This document shows, in pieces, positions 1 through 8,177 of a stretch of DNA of 64,000 nucleotides. The stretch is from an uncultured Eubacteriales bacterium (GTDB lineage Bacteria; Bacillota; Clostridia; Oscillospirales; CAG-272): assembly GCA_934433485.1 (NCBI GenBank), contig CAKRZR010000008.1, positions 23,342 through 87,341 of the forward strand, read 5' to 3'. A model generated the notes under the pieces. That model did not search any database. It saw nothing but the letters and a program-made list of their open reading frames with translations, and was not told the DNA's origin. Positions within the stretch are counted from its first letter, which is position 1, and each line of letters begins with the position of its first letter. The translations under genes were made by a program, and so were the position numbers.

Positions 1-1076
1 TGTCCGCGAAGCTGCGGATCCAAACCGTCGCCGCCGGCGGTACGGACGTTTCCTGCAAACGGAGCGGAGAACACGCGGATTCCGTTGTTCTGCGGCACGA
101 GACTATCCAGAACGTACATTTGAGCACGATGCGGCACACGGCGACGGCGGAACAGACGGTGCGAGAACGCGCGGGTGTCCGGGTCGCGGGCGCGTCGGGG
201 AATCTCTGCGTACAGGACGGCAAAATGACGCCAAACGGACTGCGCGTGGTCGGCGAAGCGTCGGTGCTGCTGCTGGCGGTCGGAGACGATGGCGCGCCGT
301 ATCCAATCCGCAGCCGCTGTGCCATTGAGGAGACGATCCCGCAAAGGACGGACGGTGAGAACGTAGGGATCACGGCGTTTGCGCATCCGGCGGCGATCAC
401 CGTGGACTGCGGCGACGATGGGACGATCACGTGGCACATGGAGTACGATCTCCACGTAATGGCGGCGAAAACCGGTGAGACCGAGGCGGACATCGACGGC
501 TACAGCACCGCGTCCGGCGAGGAATGCGCCACGAAAACCCTGTCCGCGCTGTATCCGTGCGGCGTGGTGTGCGGACGCGTGACGCTGACCGGGGATAAGG
601 AATCGACCGCGGCGGGGGAATTTGTGTACGGCTTTGGCAGAGGACAGATCGAGCGCGTGGAATGCGCCGGCGGCAGACTCGTTTGCACCGGTACGGCGAA
701 CGTGACCGTCTTTCTGCGCGGCGAGGAATGGACCGTGGAGGAATGCGCGCTGCCCCTGCGGTTTGAAACGGGCGTGCCCGCGACAGAATCCGGGGAACCG
801 ATATCCGCCATGCACGTGACCATCTGCGACGTGAGCTGCCGGTCGGACAACGGAGCCCTGCACGTCACCGCCGAAGCCGCCATAGACGGCGTGGTCTGCC
901 TGGAAGCGGAGAAAACGGTGCTCGAATCCCTGACCACCACCGCTCCTCTACCGTCCAAAAAGCCGCGCGTCACCATCTGCGTTCCGGACGGGAGCGAAAC
1001 GGAATGGGACGTACGCAAATCCCACCGCGTGGAAGAGGTGACGGAGACGGCAGGACGGTACGTGATCGTGGAGTAA
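1..1076 (+). CDS. hypothetical protein, 5' end outside the window (beta-rich; possibly DUF3794-like, unconfirmed)
   Basis: The frame of ORF 120..1076 stays open back to nt 3, so the TTG at 120 is probably internal. Stop is TAA at 1074-1076. Codon usage is GC3-rich like the neighbours. Function is not recognisable. Confidence 0.5.
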   Translation, partial: SAKLRIQTVAAGGTDVSCKRSGEHADSVVLRHETIQNVHLSTMRHTATAEQTVRERAGVRVAGASGNLCVQDGKMTPNGLRVVGEASVLLLAVGDDGAPYPIRSRCAIEETIPQRTDGENVGITAFAHPAAITVDCGDDGTITWHMEYDLHVMAAKTGETEADIDGYSTASGEECATKTLSALYPCGVVCGRVTLTGDKESTAAGEFVYGFGRGQIERVECAGGRLVCTGTANVTVFLRGEEWTVEECALPLRFETGVPATESGEPISAMHVTICDVSCRSDNGALHVTAEAAIDGVVCLEAEKTVLESLTTTAPLPSKKPRVTICVPDGSETEWDVRKSHRVEEVTETAGRYVIVE

Positions 1077-1236
1077 AGAGCCCACGTCAATCTTTTGTCC
1101 GACTCCCACAAAGAGAGCTCCTTGCACGGAATACAGGGAATGCCGTATTCGATAAAAATATCCGCTTCCCCCATTGACAGCCCTGCCGGAATCCGGTATA
1201 CTGTAGAAAAAGCAACCGATGCGGAGGAAAACGAAT

Positions 1237-1764
1237 ATGAAAAATCCACATCCCATTCTGTGGTGGTGCATCGCGGCGGTTTGTCTGCTCTGCCTTTGCG
1301 TCGGGATCGGCTGCCTCGTCATACGCAGCGCAGGAACACCGCTTTCCTTTTCCATGAACGTTTTTTCCGAGGACGGCGTGCACGGACATTTGTCCGGGGA
1401 GATCATGGTGATCGACAACGGCATTTTCCCGGTGCAATATACAGGAAAGCTCACCTGGAACGGCGTACCATATGTGGACATCGACACGCGTTATCCGACG
1501 CACAAACGAAATATCGGCGAATGGATCCGGTATTGCGTTTCTCAAATTCATGCACGGCGTCAGGGGAGTGCTTCCGGCACCTTTCTTCCAGCAAACGCAT
1601 CGGGACTGGACGGCATTTTGTATCTGCAAATCCTCTTCTGTGACGAGGACAGCATGCCATACGTCTGCTTTTTCGTTGACGATGCCGTCTATTTTGGTCC
1701 GTCCGACAATCGGGAAACGAATGGGGAAATCAAGGAGCTGGTGCATACGGAAAGCCAGAATTGA
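1237..1764 (+). CDS. membrane-anchored hypothetical protein
   Basis: GGAGGA at 1223-1228 lies 8 nt before ATG 1237. N-terminal hydrophobic helix ILWWCIAAVCLLCLCVGIGCLVI. No recognisable family. Confidence 0.6.
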   Translation: MKNPHPILWWCIAAVCLLCLCVGIGCLVIRSAGTPLSFSMNVFSEDGVHGHLSGEIMVIDNGIFPVQYTGKLTWNGVPYVDIDTRYPTHKRNIGEWIRYCVSQIHARRQGSASGTFLPANASGLDGILYLQILFCDEDSMPYVCFFVDDAVYFGPSDNRETNGEIKELVHTESQN

Positions 1765-1789
1765 ACGTTCGTTTGCGCGCGTCTCTTTC

Positions 1790-1841
1790 AAAAACCAAAG
1801 CGCCTGCGCCTCCGAGAACAGGAAGTACAGGCGCTTTTTCT
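1790..1841. terminator. bidirectional intrinsic terminator between convergent genes
   Basis: 9-bp perfect stem AAGCGCCTG (1798-1806) / CAGGCGCTT (1828-1836), with an A-run upstream and TTTTT downstream. Confidence 0.55.
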
Positions 1842-1846
1842 ATGTT

Positions 1847-3343
1847 TCAGTCGCCGATATATGCCTTTGTAAATTTTTCTATCTCCGTCACGATCTTCTT
1901 CTGATAGGATTCATAAGAAGAGACGACACTCTTTTTCTTTGTTGTGATCAGATTCGTCAGCACATAGGACGGCCATGTACCAATGTCATAGATATCGCCA
2001 AGATCATAGATACGGTTCGCAAAGATGAGATCCACCATGGCGTCGGAATCGGAATCGCGCGTCGCCTTTCCCTTGAGTGTAGTTTCATAATACGCAGGTG
2101 TTACCGTATACAGCGATTCCGCAGACAACGCTTCGATCAGGATGCCGGTGCGTTCTATATCCTGGACGGAAATCGGAATACCCAATAACGCCGTGGTGTG
2201 CCGGCTCACGAGACTTGCGTATTGTTCCTGTGCCTCATCGTACTTGGGGATCGGCAGAATGCCAAACGGTGCATCCATATCGCGGAGCGCAAGCACATCG
2301 TCAAAACGGCTCCAGAAAAATAGTCCATGACCGTTTAAAAACAGCTCGCGGAACGGTGTGTCATCCACAGGCTCGGCGTCCTGACTGCCGCGGTGGTGGT
2401 CGTAGATGGACGTTTCATCGCTCATCATGTCCTGTACCTTTTGCAGGATCTCGATATTATAGCCCTGCTTGAAGGAATCGGACAACGTATTGTCCTCGTT
2501 TTTCGAAATAAACGTACCTCCTGCGCCAAAATAGATACAGTAACCGGCGTCGCGTTTGCTCAGGAATCCCCAGAGATCCTCCAGGGTCATTTTGCCGTCA
2601 CCGTCGAGATCCGTCGTGACATTCTCGTAAACCGCTTTCATCCGATCCATCGTCCACGCGCCCTCGGATACAATCGCGTAGAGATCTTCGATCCCGTGAT
2701 CCTTCGCGATGTCCTTGTTGAAAAGGATCGCGGAGGTTGCGTTCTTATCCTCTACGGAAATTGCCGCGGACGCCATGCGCAGAGTTTCGCCGACAGACAA
2801 CGCTTCCACACTGTTCTGATCCCACCACGGCATAGAAAGCTCCAGATACGGTACGTCATACAGGTTGTAGAGCAGTCCATCTGTCACCATCGCCGTTGAC
2901 TGTGTCAGCACCTGATACGCGATATCATACGTATCATCCCCCGACTGCACCATTTTTTTGACCATCGGATTCACATCCGCGTATTCCAGATGATACTGAA
3001 TGTTATAGGTGTCCGCAATCAATGCGTTTCGGTTATAAACAGCGTCGTTCAGAGCGTCTCCGTTCAGTTCCTCTACGCAGAAATCGTTGACAAGGCGGGA
3101 TTTCCAGTCGTCGCTGATTTTCCAGTGTACGGCGGAAAATGTATAGCCATCATAATCCTGCACCGGCAGATCGGGCGTCAGCCGTTGTGTCTCCGTTTCT
3201 GTCTCTGCCACTGTTTCCGTGTCCGTCGCGGCAACTGTCTGCGCTTGATTCTCCACAGTCTTTTCTCCGCAGCCCGTGAAGCCCGGCGAAAGCATCAAAA
3301 GTACCAGTGCCCAAATGAGGAAGCGTTTGCGTGTGTTCTTCAT
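1847..3343 (-). CDS. ABC-type extracellular solute-binding lipoprotein (LplA-like), paralog 1 of 6
   Basis: Lipobox LSPGFTGC follows a basic N-terminus (start MKNTRKRF at 3343). Shares DLDGDGK, FGILPIPKYDEAQ and YYETTLKGKATRD motifs with five other ORFs in the window. Confidence 0.85.
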   Translation of the reverse strand: MKNTRKRFLIWALVLLMLSPGFTGCGEKTVENQAQTVAATDTETVAETETETQRLTPDLPVQDYDGYTFSAVHWKISDDWKSRLVNDFCVEELNGDALNDAVYNRNALIADTYNIQYHLEYADVNPMVKKMVQSGDDTYDIAYQVLTQSTAMVTDGLLYNLYDVPYLELSMPWWDQNSVEALSVGETLRMASAAISVEDKNATSAILFNKDIAKDHGIEDLYAIVSEGAWTMDRMKAVYENVTTDLDGDGKMTLEDLWGFLSKRDAGYCIYFGAGGTFISKNEDNTLSDSFKQGYNIEILQKVQDMMSDETSIYDHHRGSQDAEPVDDTPFRELFLNGHGLFFWSRFDDVLALRDMDAPFGILPIPKYDEAQEQYASLVSRHTTALLGIPISVQDIERTGILIEALSAESLYTVTPAYYETTLKGKATRDSDSDAMVDLIFANRIYDLGDIYDIGTWPSYVLTNLITTKKKSVVSSYESYQKKIVTEIEKFTKAYIGD

Positions 3344-3527
3344 ATGTTTCCTATTCCTTTCTCTGTCGGCGGCATCCATGTATGGCACTGCCGTTTTCTA
3401 TAGTATACCACATATAGCGCATATCTGCAAGCTGTTTTTGTATGATTTATATAGTTATTGTTGTAGTTATTGCGCAAAAAAAACACCGTTTCTGCTTTTC
3501 CCAGCAGAATCCGGTGCTTTTTCCGTA

Positions 3528-4307
3528 TCATTTTGTCAGAATCGAGAAGCCCAGTACCACGATGCCGAGGATCACCAGGATCACGCCGGTCGCGCGGTTT
3601 AAGGTCTTGGGCGCCGCCCTGTTCGCAATTTTCGCCGCGATCCGGGCAAACAGTAGCGTGAATACTATGCACAGGATAAGCGGGAACCACTCCGGCGCGC
3701 CGCCGATGGCAAAGTGCGACAGAGATCCCGTCAGCGCCGTGAATGTCATGATGAACACACTCGTCCCCACCGCCGTTTTCAGGTCGTACCGCAGCACGCT
3801 CGTCAGCAAAAGCAGCATCATCATACCGCCGCCCGCGCCGACAAAGCCGCAGATGAACCCCACAACCGCTCCGCAGACGATGGATTTCACCACACGGGAC
3901 CGCGCCGATCCCGCGGAAGCAGCCTCCCGCGTCGTCATCACCGGGCGCACTATGAACTTGATCCCGAGAAACAGCGTCATGACAACGGAGAAATTCCCCA
4001 TCGTAACCGGCGGCACCAGACTTGATATGTAACTGCTCACCACCGTGAAGACAAGCACCGTGACCATCATCACGATGCCGCCGCGAATATCTAAATTTTT
4101 GTTTTTCCCGTACGTGTACGCCGAAACCGCGCTCGCCAACACATCCGACGCCAGAGCGATCCCGACCGCCATGTACGGATCCATCCCGAGAAACGTCACC
4201 AGCATCGGCGTGATCACCGCAGCCGCACTCATCCCGGCAAACCCGGTACCCAGCCCCGCGCCAAGCCCGGCAAACAGACAAACAAGCGTTGTGATAAGAT
4301 ATTGCAT
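3528..4307 (-). CDS. TauE/SafE family sulfite/anion exporter (membrane protein)
   Basis: 259-aa polytopic protein with Gly-rich helices (GLGAGLGTGFAGMSAAAVITPML, VGAGGGMMMLLLL) typical of TauE/SafE. AAAGGA RBS before ATG 4307. Confidence 0.8.
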   Translation of the reverse strand: MQYLITTLVCLFAGLGAGLGTGFAGMSAAAVITPMLVTFLGMDPYMAVGIALASDVLASAVSAYTYGKNKNLDIRGGIVMMVTVLVFTVVSSYISSLVPPVTMGNFSVVMTLFLGIKFIVRPVMTTREAASAGSARSRVVKSIVCGAVVGFICGFVGAGGGMMMLLLLTSVLRYDLKTAVGTSVFIMTFTALTGSLSHFAIGGAPEWFPLILCIVFTLLFARIAAKIANRAAPKTLNRATGVILVILGIVVLGFSILTK

Positions 4308-4627
4308 GAAAATTCCTTTCTGAAACGAGATTTGTCAAGGTTTTTTTGTGAAAAAAGCAAAGTTTATCAATCAATACCATAATTCGTTGAGGCACAAGAG
4401 GTTTATCCGTTTGTACCTCTTGTCTGCCGATCAGCAAAAGGTGGGAAAAACCGTCAAGAGTGCATAGCATTCATCTTGACCCTTGATGGCTTTTCTTGAT
4501 TTTGCTACCCAAGGATTTGCTGCATATTCTCTTTCGAAATGGTTGAATTGTTCACATTTTTATGCTACAATTTTATTATTATTATCCAGAGAGTGAAAAA
4601 CTTGAACTTGGCTAAAGAGGAAATACT

Positions 4628-5077
4628 ATGAAAAAACCATATACAATTATGTTTGCCGTGGTATGTGTATTATGTGTATTTAGTTTTTTGGGATGTGAAA
4701 AGATACCAAATAGCACAAAATCTGAGACAAGTAATAGAACTATTATCGGCTATATAAATGAATTTCGCAATGGAACAGTATCGTTTGATGAAATCGAATG
4801 GGTAACTGTGCCTAGTGAACGTGCAACAGAGTTAGGCATTGCAGATGCCCCAAACGGATTTTACATCCATAATAAAGAAAGTGTTACAGCAGAGTACGAT
4901 ATCGCGGATAATTGCGTTATTTGTATTTTGGATTGGGAGAATAATTTTGCAGCAAAACAAATAGAACTGGTCAACTTTATTGATATACATGAACAGAGAG
5001 GTGGCGTCTTAATTCCATATACGCTTACTATTGAAAATGGTAAAGTAATTAACATTGAAGAACACTATATTCCCTAA
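4628..5077 (+). CDS. small lipoprotein of unknown function, in a low-GC island
   Basis: Signal peptide plus lipobox (VFSFLGCEK). AGAGGA RBS upstream of the ATG. AT-rich codon usage unlike the flanking genes. Confidence 0.6.
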   Translation: MKKPYTIMFAVVCVLCVFSFLGCEKIPNSTKSETSNRTIIGYINEFRNGTVSFDEIEWVTVPSERATELGIADAPNGFYIHNKESVTAEYDIADNCVICILDWENNFAAKQIELVNFIDIHEQRGGVLIPYTLTIENGKVINIEEHYIP

Positions 5078-5633
5078 ATGTATTAGTGGGTCAAGGACAG
5101 ACCTATTCTAAGTTGTCGGATTGCTCCCTTTGAAAATGAGTATGACTAAAATGCCGGCATATAAAAATCCGTCACCGTTTTTCTTTGCCGTCCACATCTT
5201 TCCTCGTAGAGCGTATGGCTGCTAACGGCAGTACCACTGCCCGTATATGGGTGGTGAGTAAGTGCACCCTTAGATAATCACACTAAGGGATTTGGACTAC
5301 GCCGAAGACGCTTTTCTCCAAACTCCGTAACGCTCCAGTGGCTCGAAACAGGACAGGCAGGGCAAACACATTGCCCACGCAGTTTTAGCCTTAAAATATC
5401 CTTGTTGCACAAGGCTTTCAACGGTCGAAAAGGTTACTTTCTCTTTCGGCTTGTAAAAGCATAAACACGCTTTCGTTTTCCATTGCCGAGAGCGTGTTTT
5501 TCGTTTATAATGCCCGTATCGTTCCTTTCTCATAACTGCTTTTCAATTCACCACAAATGAGCCGCAGTCATATGTATTAGGTTGCAAAACCCTCTTTTAC
5601 ATATTAACTCTTGGAATGGGAAATCGCAAAACT

Positions 5634-5790
5634 CCGCAATGGACTTGCACAAACCATATCCATCCCTTCCATTTCATAAAAGTTTTGCGGAGCTGGGAGA
5701 AATCGAAGATTTCTCCTGAAGAATGCTCTCGCATTCTTCCATTTTCCAAAAGCCGCGTTCCCCCCTCGTTCGCCTCCCGAGCGAGCGCAC
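5634..5790 (-). repeat. modular intergenic repeat, copy 1 (core, box, two hairpin cassettes, G-rich flank)
   Basis: Contains GGACTTGCACAAAC (core, reverse orientation) and ATAAAAGTTTTGCGG (box, reverse). Hairpins GGAGAAATC-GAA-GATTTCTCC and GAAGAATGC-TCTC-GCATTCTTC, then GCCGCGTTCCCCCCTCG. Ends about 10 bp before the dnaB stop. Confidence 0.85.
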
Positions 5791-5800
5791 CTACGTAAAA

Positions 5801-7132
5801 TCAAGCGCCGGCTTCTTCGGGAGCGAGGTTCGTGAATTTCGTGAAGCGGCCGATCCAGCCTACCTTTACCTTTTCCAGAGAGCCGTGACGGTTTTTCGCG
5901 ACGATGACCTCGGCGACGCTCTGCTCCGGCGTTTCTTCCTTGTAGTATTCGTCACGATAGAGAAACATGACCACGTCCGCATCCTGTTCGATGGCGCCGG
6001 AGTCACGCAGGTCCGACAGCATCGGTCGCTTGTCCGGACGGTTTTCCGGTCCACGCGACAGCTGCGCACAGCAAATTACCGGTACCCGCAGCTCCTTCGC
6101 CAACAGCTTCAAGCCACGCGAGATCTCGCCTGTCTCCTGGACACGGTTGTCCGTGTGCCGCTCACCCTGCATCAGCTGCAGGTAGTCCACGACCACAAGC
6201 CCTAAGTTCTTCACCCGCCGGAGCTTTGACTTCATCCCCGTCACCGTAATGCCCGGCGTGTCGTCAATGAGGATCTCCAGCTCCGACAAATGCGACGCCG
6301 TGTGCGCAATCGCCGTCCAGTCGTCGTCAGTCAGTTGTCCGGAACGCAGACGGAAGCTGTCCACCTGCGCCTCACTCGACAGCATACGGTTTGCCAGCTG
6401 CGACGCCGACATCTCCAGATTGAATACGCAGACCGTCTTTTTCGTCCTGTCCGCCGCCGCCGTCGCTATGTTCATCGCAAAGCTCGTCTTTCCCATGCCG
6501 GGTCGCGCACCGATGAGCACCAGGTCGCTGTCGCCAAGCCCTACGATCACGTTGTCCAGCGCCGTGTATCCCGTCGGCATGCCGCGCGCCCCCTGCGGAT
6601 CCTCCTTGAGCAGCTTCAGATGGTCGTATACCTGCAAAAGCGCGTCCCGGATGTGCACGAAATTCTTGTTCTCGCGCCCCTCCGCGATCCGGAAGATCTT
6701 GCCCTCCGCGTACTCGACCAGGTTTCCGACCTCGTCGTCCCCCGCGTACGCCGCTTCCGTGATGTCCTCACCCGCCTCGATCAGCTGCCGCAGGATCGCC
6801 TTGTCCCGCACGATCCCCGCGTAATCCTTCGCGTTCGCCGACGTGGGCACCGCCTGTGCTACCAGCTTCAGATATTCCCTGCCGCCCGCTTCGTCGTAGG
6901 TCCCCGTCTGCACCAGCTCCTCGATCAGCGTCACAACGTCGATGTTCTTGCTTTTCAGGTACATCTGCTGCATCGCCGTGAAGATCTCCGCGTGCTCCGG
7001 CATGTAGAAATCGTCCCGACTCACGATCGTCGCCAGCTCGTCCATGCACGCCGGATCGATTAAGATCGACCCCAAAACCGCCTGCTCCGCCTCCAGCGAA
7101 AACGGCATCCTTCTTGTGAGTTCTTCATTCAT
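5801..7132 (-). CDS. dnaB: replicative DNA helicase DnaB
   Basis: N-terminus PFSLEAEQAVLGSILID. Walker A GARPGMGKTSFAMN. Typical DnaB C-terminal RecA-like domain. Conserved position after rplI. Confidence 0.97.
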   Translation of the reverse strand: MNEELTRRMPFSLEAEQAVLGSILIDPACMDELATIVSRDDFYMPEHAEIFTAMQQMYLKSKNIDVVTLIEELVQTGTYDEAGGREYLKLVAQAVPTSANAKDYAGIVRDKAILRQLIEAGEDITEAAYAGDDEVGNLVEYAEGKIFRIAEGRENKNFVHIRDALLQVYDHLKLLKEDPQGARGMPTGYTALDNVIVGLGDSDLVLIGARPGMGKTSFAMNIATAAADRTKKTVCVFNLEMSASQLANRMLSSEAQVDSFRLRSGQLTDDDWTAIAHTASHLSELEILIDDTPGITVTGMKSKLRRVKNLGLVVVDYLQLMQGERHTDNRVQETGEISRGLKLLAKELRVPVICCAQLSRGPENRPDKRPMLSDLRDSGAIEQDADVVMFLYRDEYYKEETPEQSVAEVIVAKNRHGSLEKVKVGWIGRFTKFTNLAPEEAGA

Positions 7133-7143
7133 ATGTTAAAGAT

Positions 7144-7526
7144 GCGGGGAAAACTTTTCCCCAAAAAAGTCTTCCCCGCGCCCCTTTCCAAAAACTTTGT
7201 ACATGCATACAAGCCAACTTACACGCCTGTCGTCTCTCAATAGAGCGGTATTCTACCGCTACCAAATAAATGGCAGCAATCGCTCCCCGTAGTGTGCGGG
7301 TCACGGAGTTTAGGGAGCCAATGCATTGGCTCAGCGAAACGCATGGGAGCCGCTCGCGAACGATCTTCTCAGGGAACGGAGCACTCAAATTGGTGAGCAA
7401 TCGGACTTGCACAAACAAAATCCATCACCAATCCCCTTATAAAAGTTTTTGCCAGGCTGAAGAATGCTACCGCATTCTTCCATCTTCACAAAAAGCCGCG
7501 TTCTCCTCGCTCCCCCCGTCTCCCCG
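7144..7526 (-). repeat. modular intergenic repeat, copy 2: full ~380-bp composite filling the rplI-dnaB gap
   Basis: Left end is hairpin GCGGGGAAAACTTTTCCCC...TTCCCCGC plus CCAAAAACTTTGTACA. Internal palindrome GAGCCAATGCATTGGCTC at 7315-7332. Core TTGGTGAGCAATCGGACTTGCACAAAC. Box TATAAAAGTTTTTGCC. Hairpin GAAGAATGC-TACC-GCATTCTTC at 7459-7480. G-rich flank. Confidence 0.9.
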
Positions 7527-7535
7527 TATCCCAGG

Positions 7536-7988
7536 TCAGGCGTTCACAACAACGATGTTGATCTTGCCGGAGATTTCCGGGTAGAGCTTTACGTCGAGGG
7601 TGTAGCTGCCGTAATTCTTGATCGCCTCGTCGAGAACGATTTTGCGCTTGTCGAGCTGAATGCCGTGCTGCGCCGCCAGAGCCTCCGCGATGTCCTTGGT
7701 CGTAACGGAGCCGTAGATGCGGTTGTCGCCCTGCGCGCCTGCCTGTACCTTGATTTTTACGACCAGCGTCTGGAGCTTTGCAGCAAGCGCACGCGCGTCC
7801 GCTTTTTCCAGCTCGATCTTGCGCAGCCGCGCCGCTTCCTTGTTCTTGATGTCGTTCAAGATCGCCGCGTCCGCTACCACCGCCAGCTTGCGCGGCAGGA
7901 GGAAATTGCGCGCGTAGCCGTCCGATACCTCGATCAGATCGTCCTTCTTGCCCTGTCCTTTTACGTCCTGTAATAATACGACTTTCAT
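7536..7988 (-). CDS. rplI: 50S ribosomal protein L9
   Basis: MKVVLLQDVKGQGKKDDLIEVSDGYARNFLLPRKLA is a canonical L9 N-terminus. 150 aa. Sits between gdpP and dnaB as in other Firmicutes. Confidence 0.97.
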   Translation of the reverse strand: MKVVLLQDVKGQGKKDDLIEVSDGYARNFLLPRKLAVVADAAILNDIKNKEAARLRKIELEKADARALAAKLQTLVVKIKVQAGAQGDNRIYGSVTTKDIAEALAAQHGIQLDKRKIVLDEAIKNYGSYTLDVKLYPEISGKINIVVVNA

Positions 7989-8177
7989 TTTTGTCCTTCT
8001 CCTTTTCGGTTTCCTCAGTTGTGTATCTCGCCTGACGGCAGGTGCCGCCGGGAATGCTTGATTTTTGCGGGGGAATTACGCAAGCTCTATATTTCCGAAC
8101 CATTTGGGTGCCGAATCTAGACCTGTTTATGGGTCCATCACCCCTACAGGTCCTGGTTCTACTATTGTTCTCCCACA

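Noticed and set aside
3340-4470. 376-aa minus-strand ORF overlapping the TauE-like gene
   Set aside because: It is an alternative frame of the same strand with Arg/Gly-rich composition. The 259-aa frame gives a coherent polytopic TauE/SafE protein with an RBS.
5180-5540. Group II intron domain V/VI or IS remnant in the low-GC island
   Set aside because: The candidate hairpin around 5205-5245 does not form a 34-nt domain V with an AGC triad, a 2-nt bulge and a GNRA loop. The 78-aa ORF has no recognisable transposase or RT motifs. Left as unexplained debris.
7270-7584. Small ORFs with recurring peptides (ECYRILPSSQKAAFSS, LPHSSIFTKSRVLL, PQNFY.MG.DIVCASP.AHQY). Also at 5604-5804, 7464-7550, 18823-19023, 40350-40595, 58446-58640 and 63618-63907
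   Set aside because: The similarity arises because they are translations of the same DNA repeat in various frames and orientations. They have no RBS, and frames and lengths differ between copies. They should not be annotated as a protein family.
5801-7600. Replication origin near dnaB
   Set aside because: dnaB is the helicase gene, not dnaA. I saw no cluster of TTATCCACA-like DnaA boxes here. The only close match I noticed in the window is a single TTATCCACG at 29057-29065.
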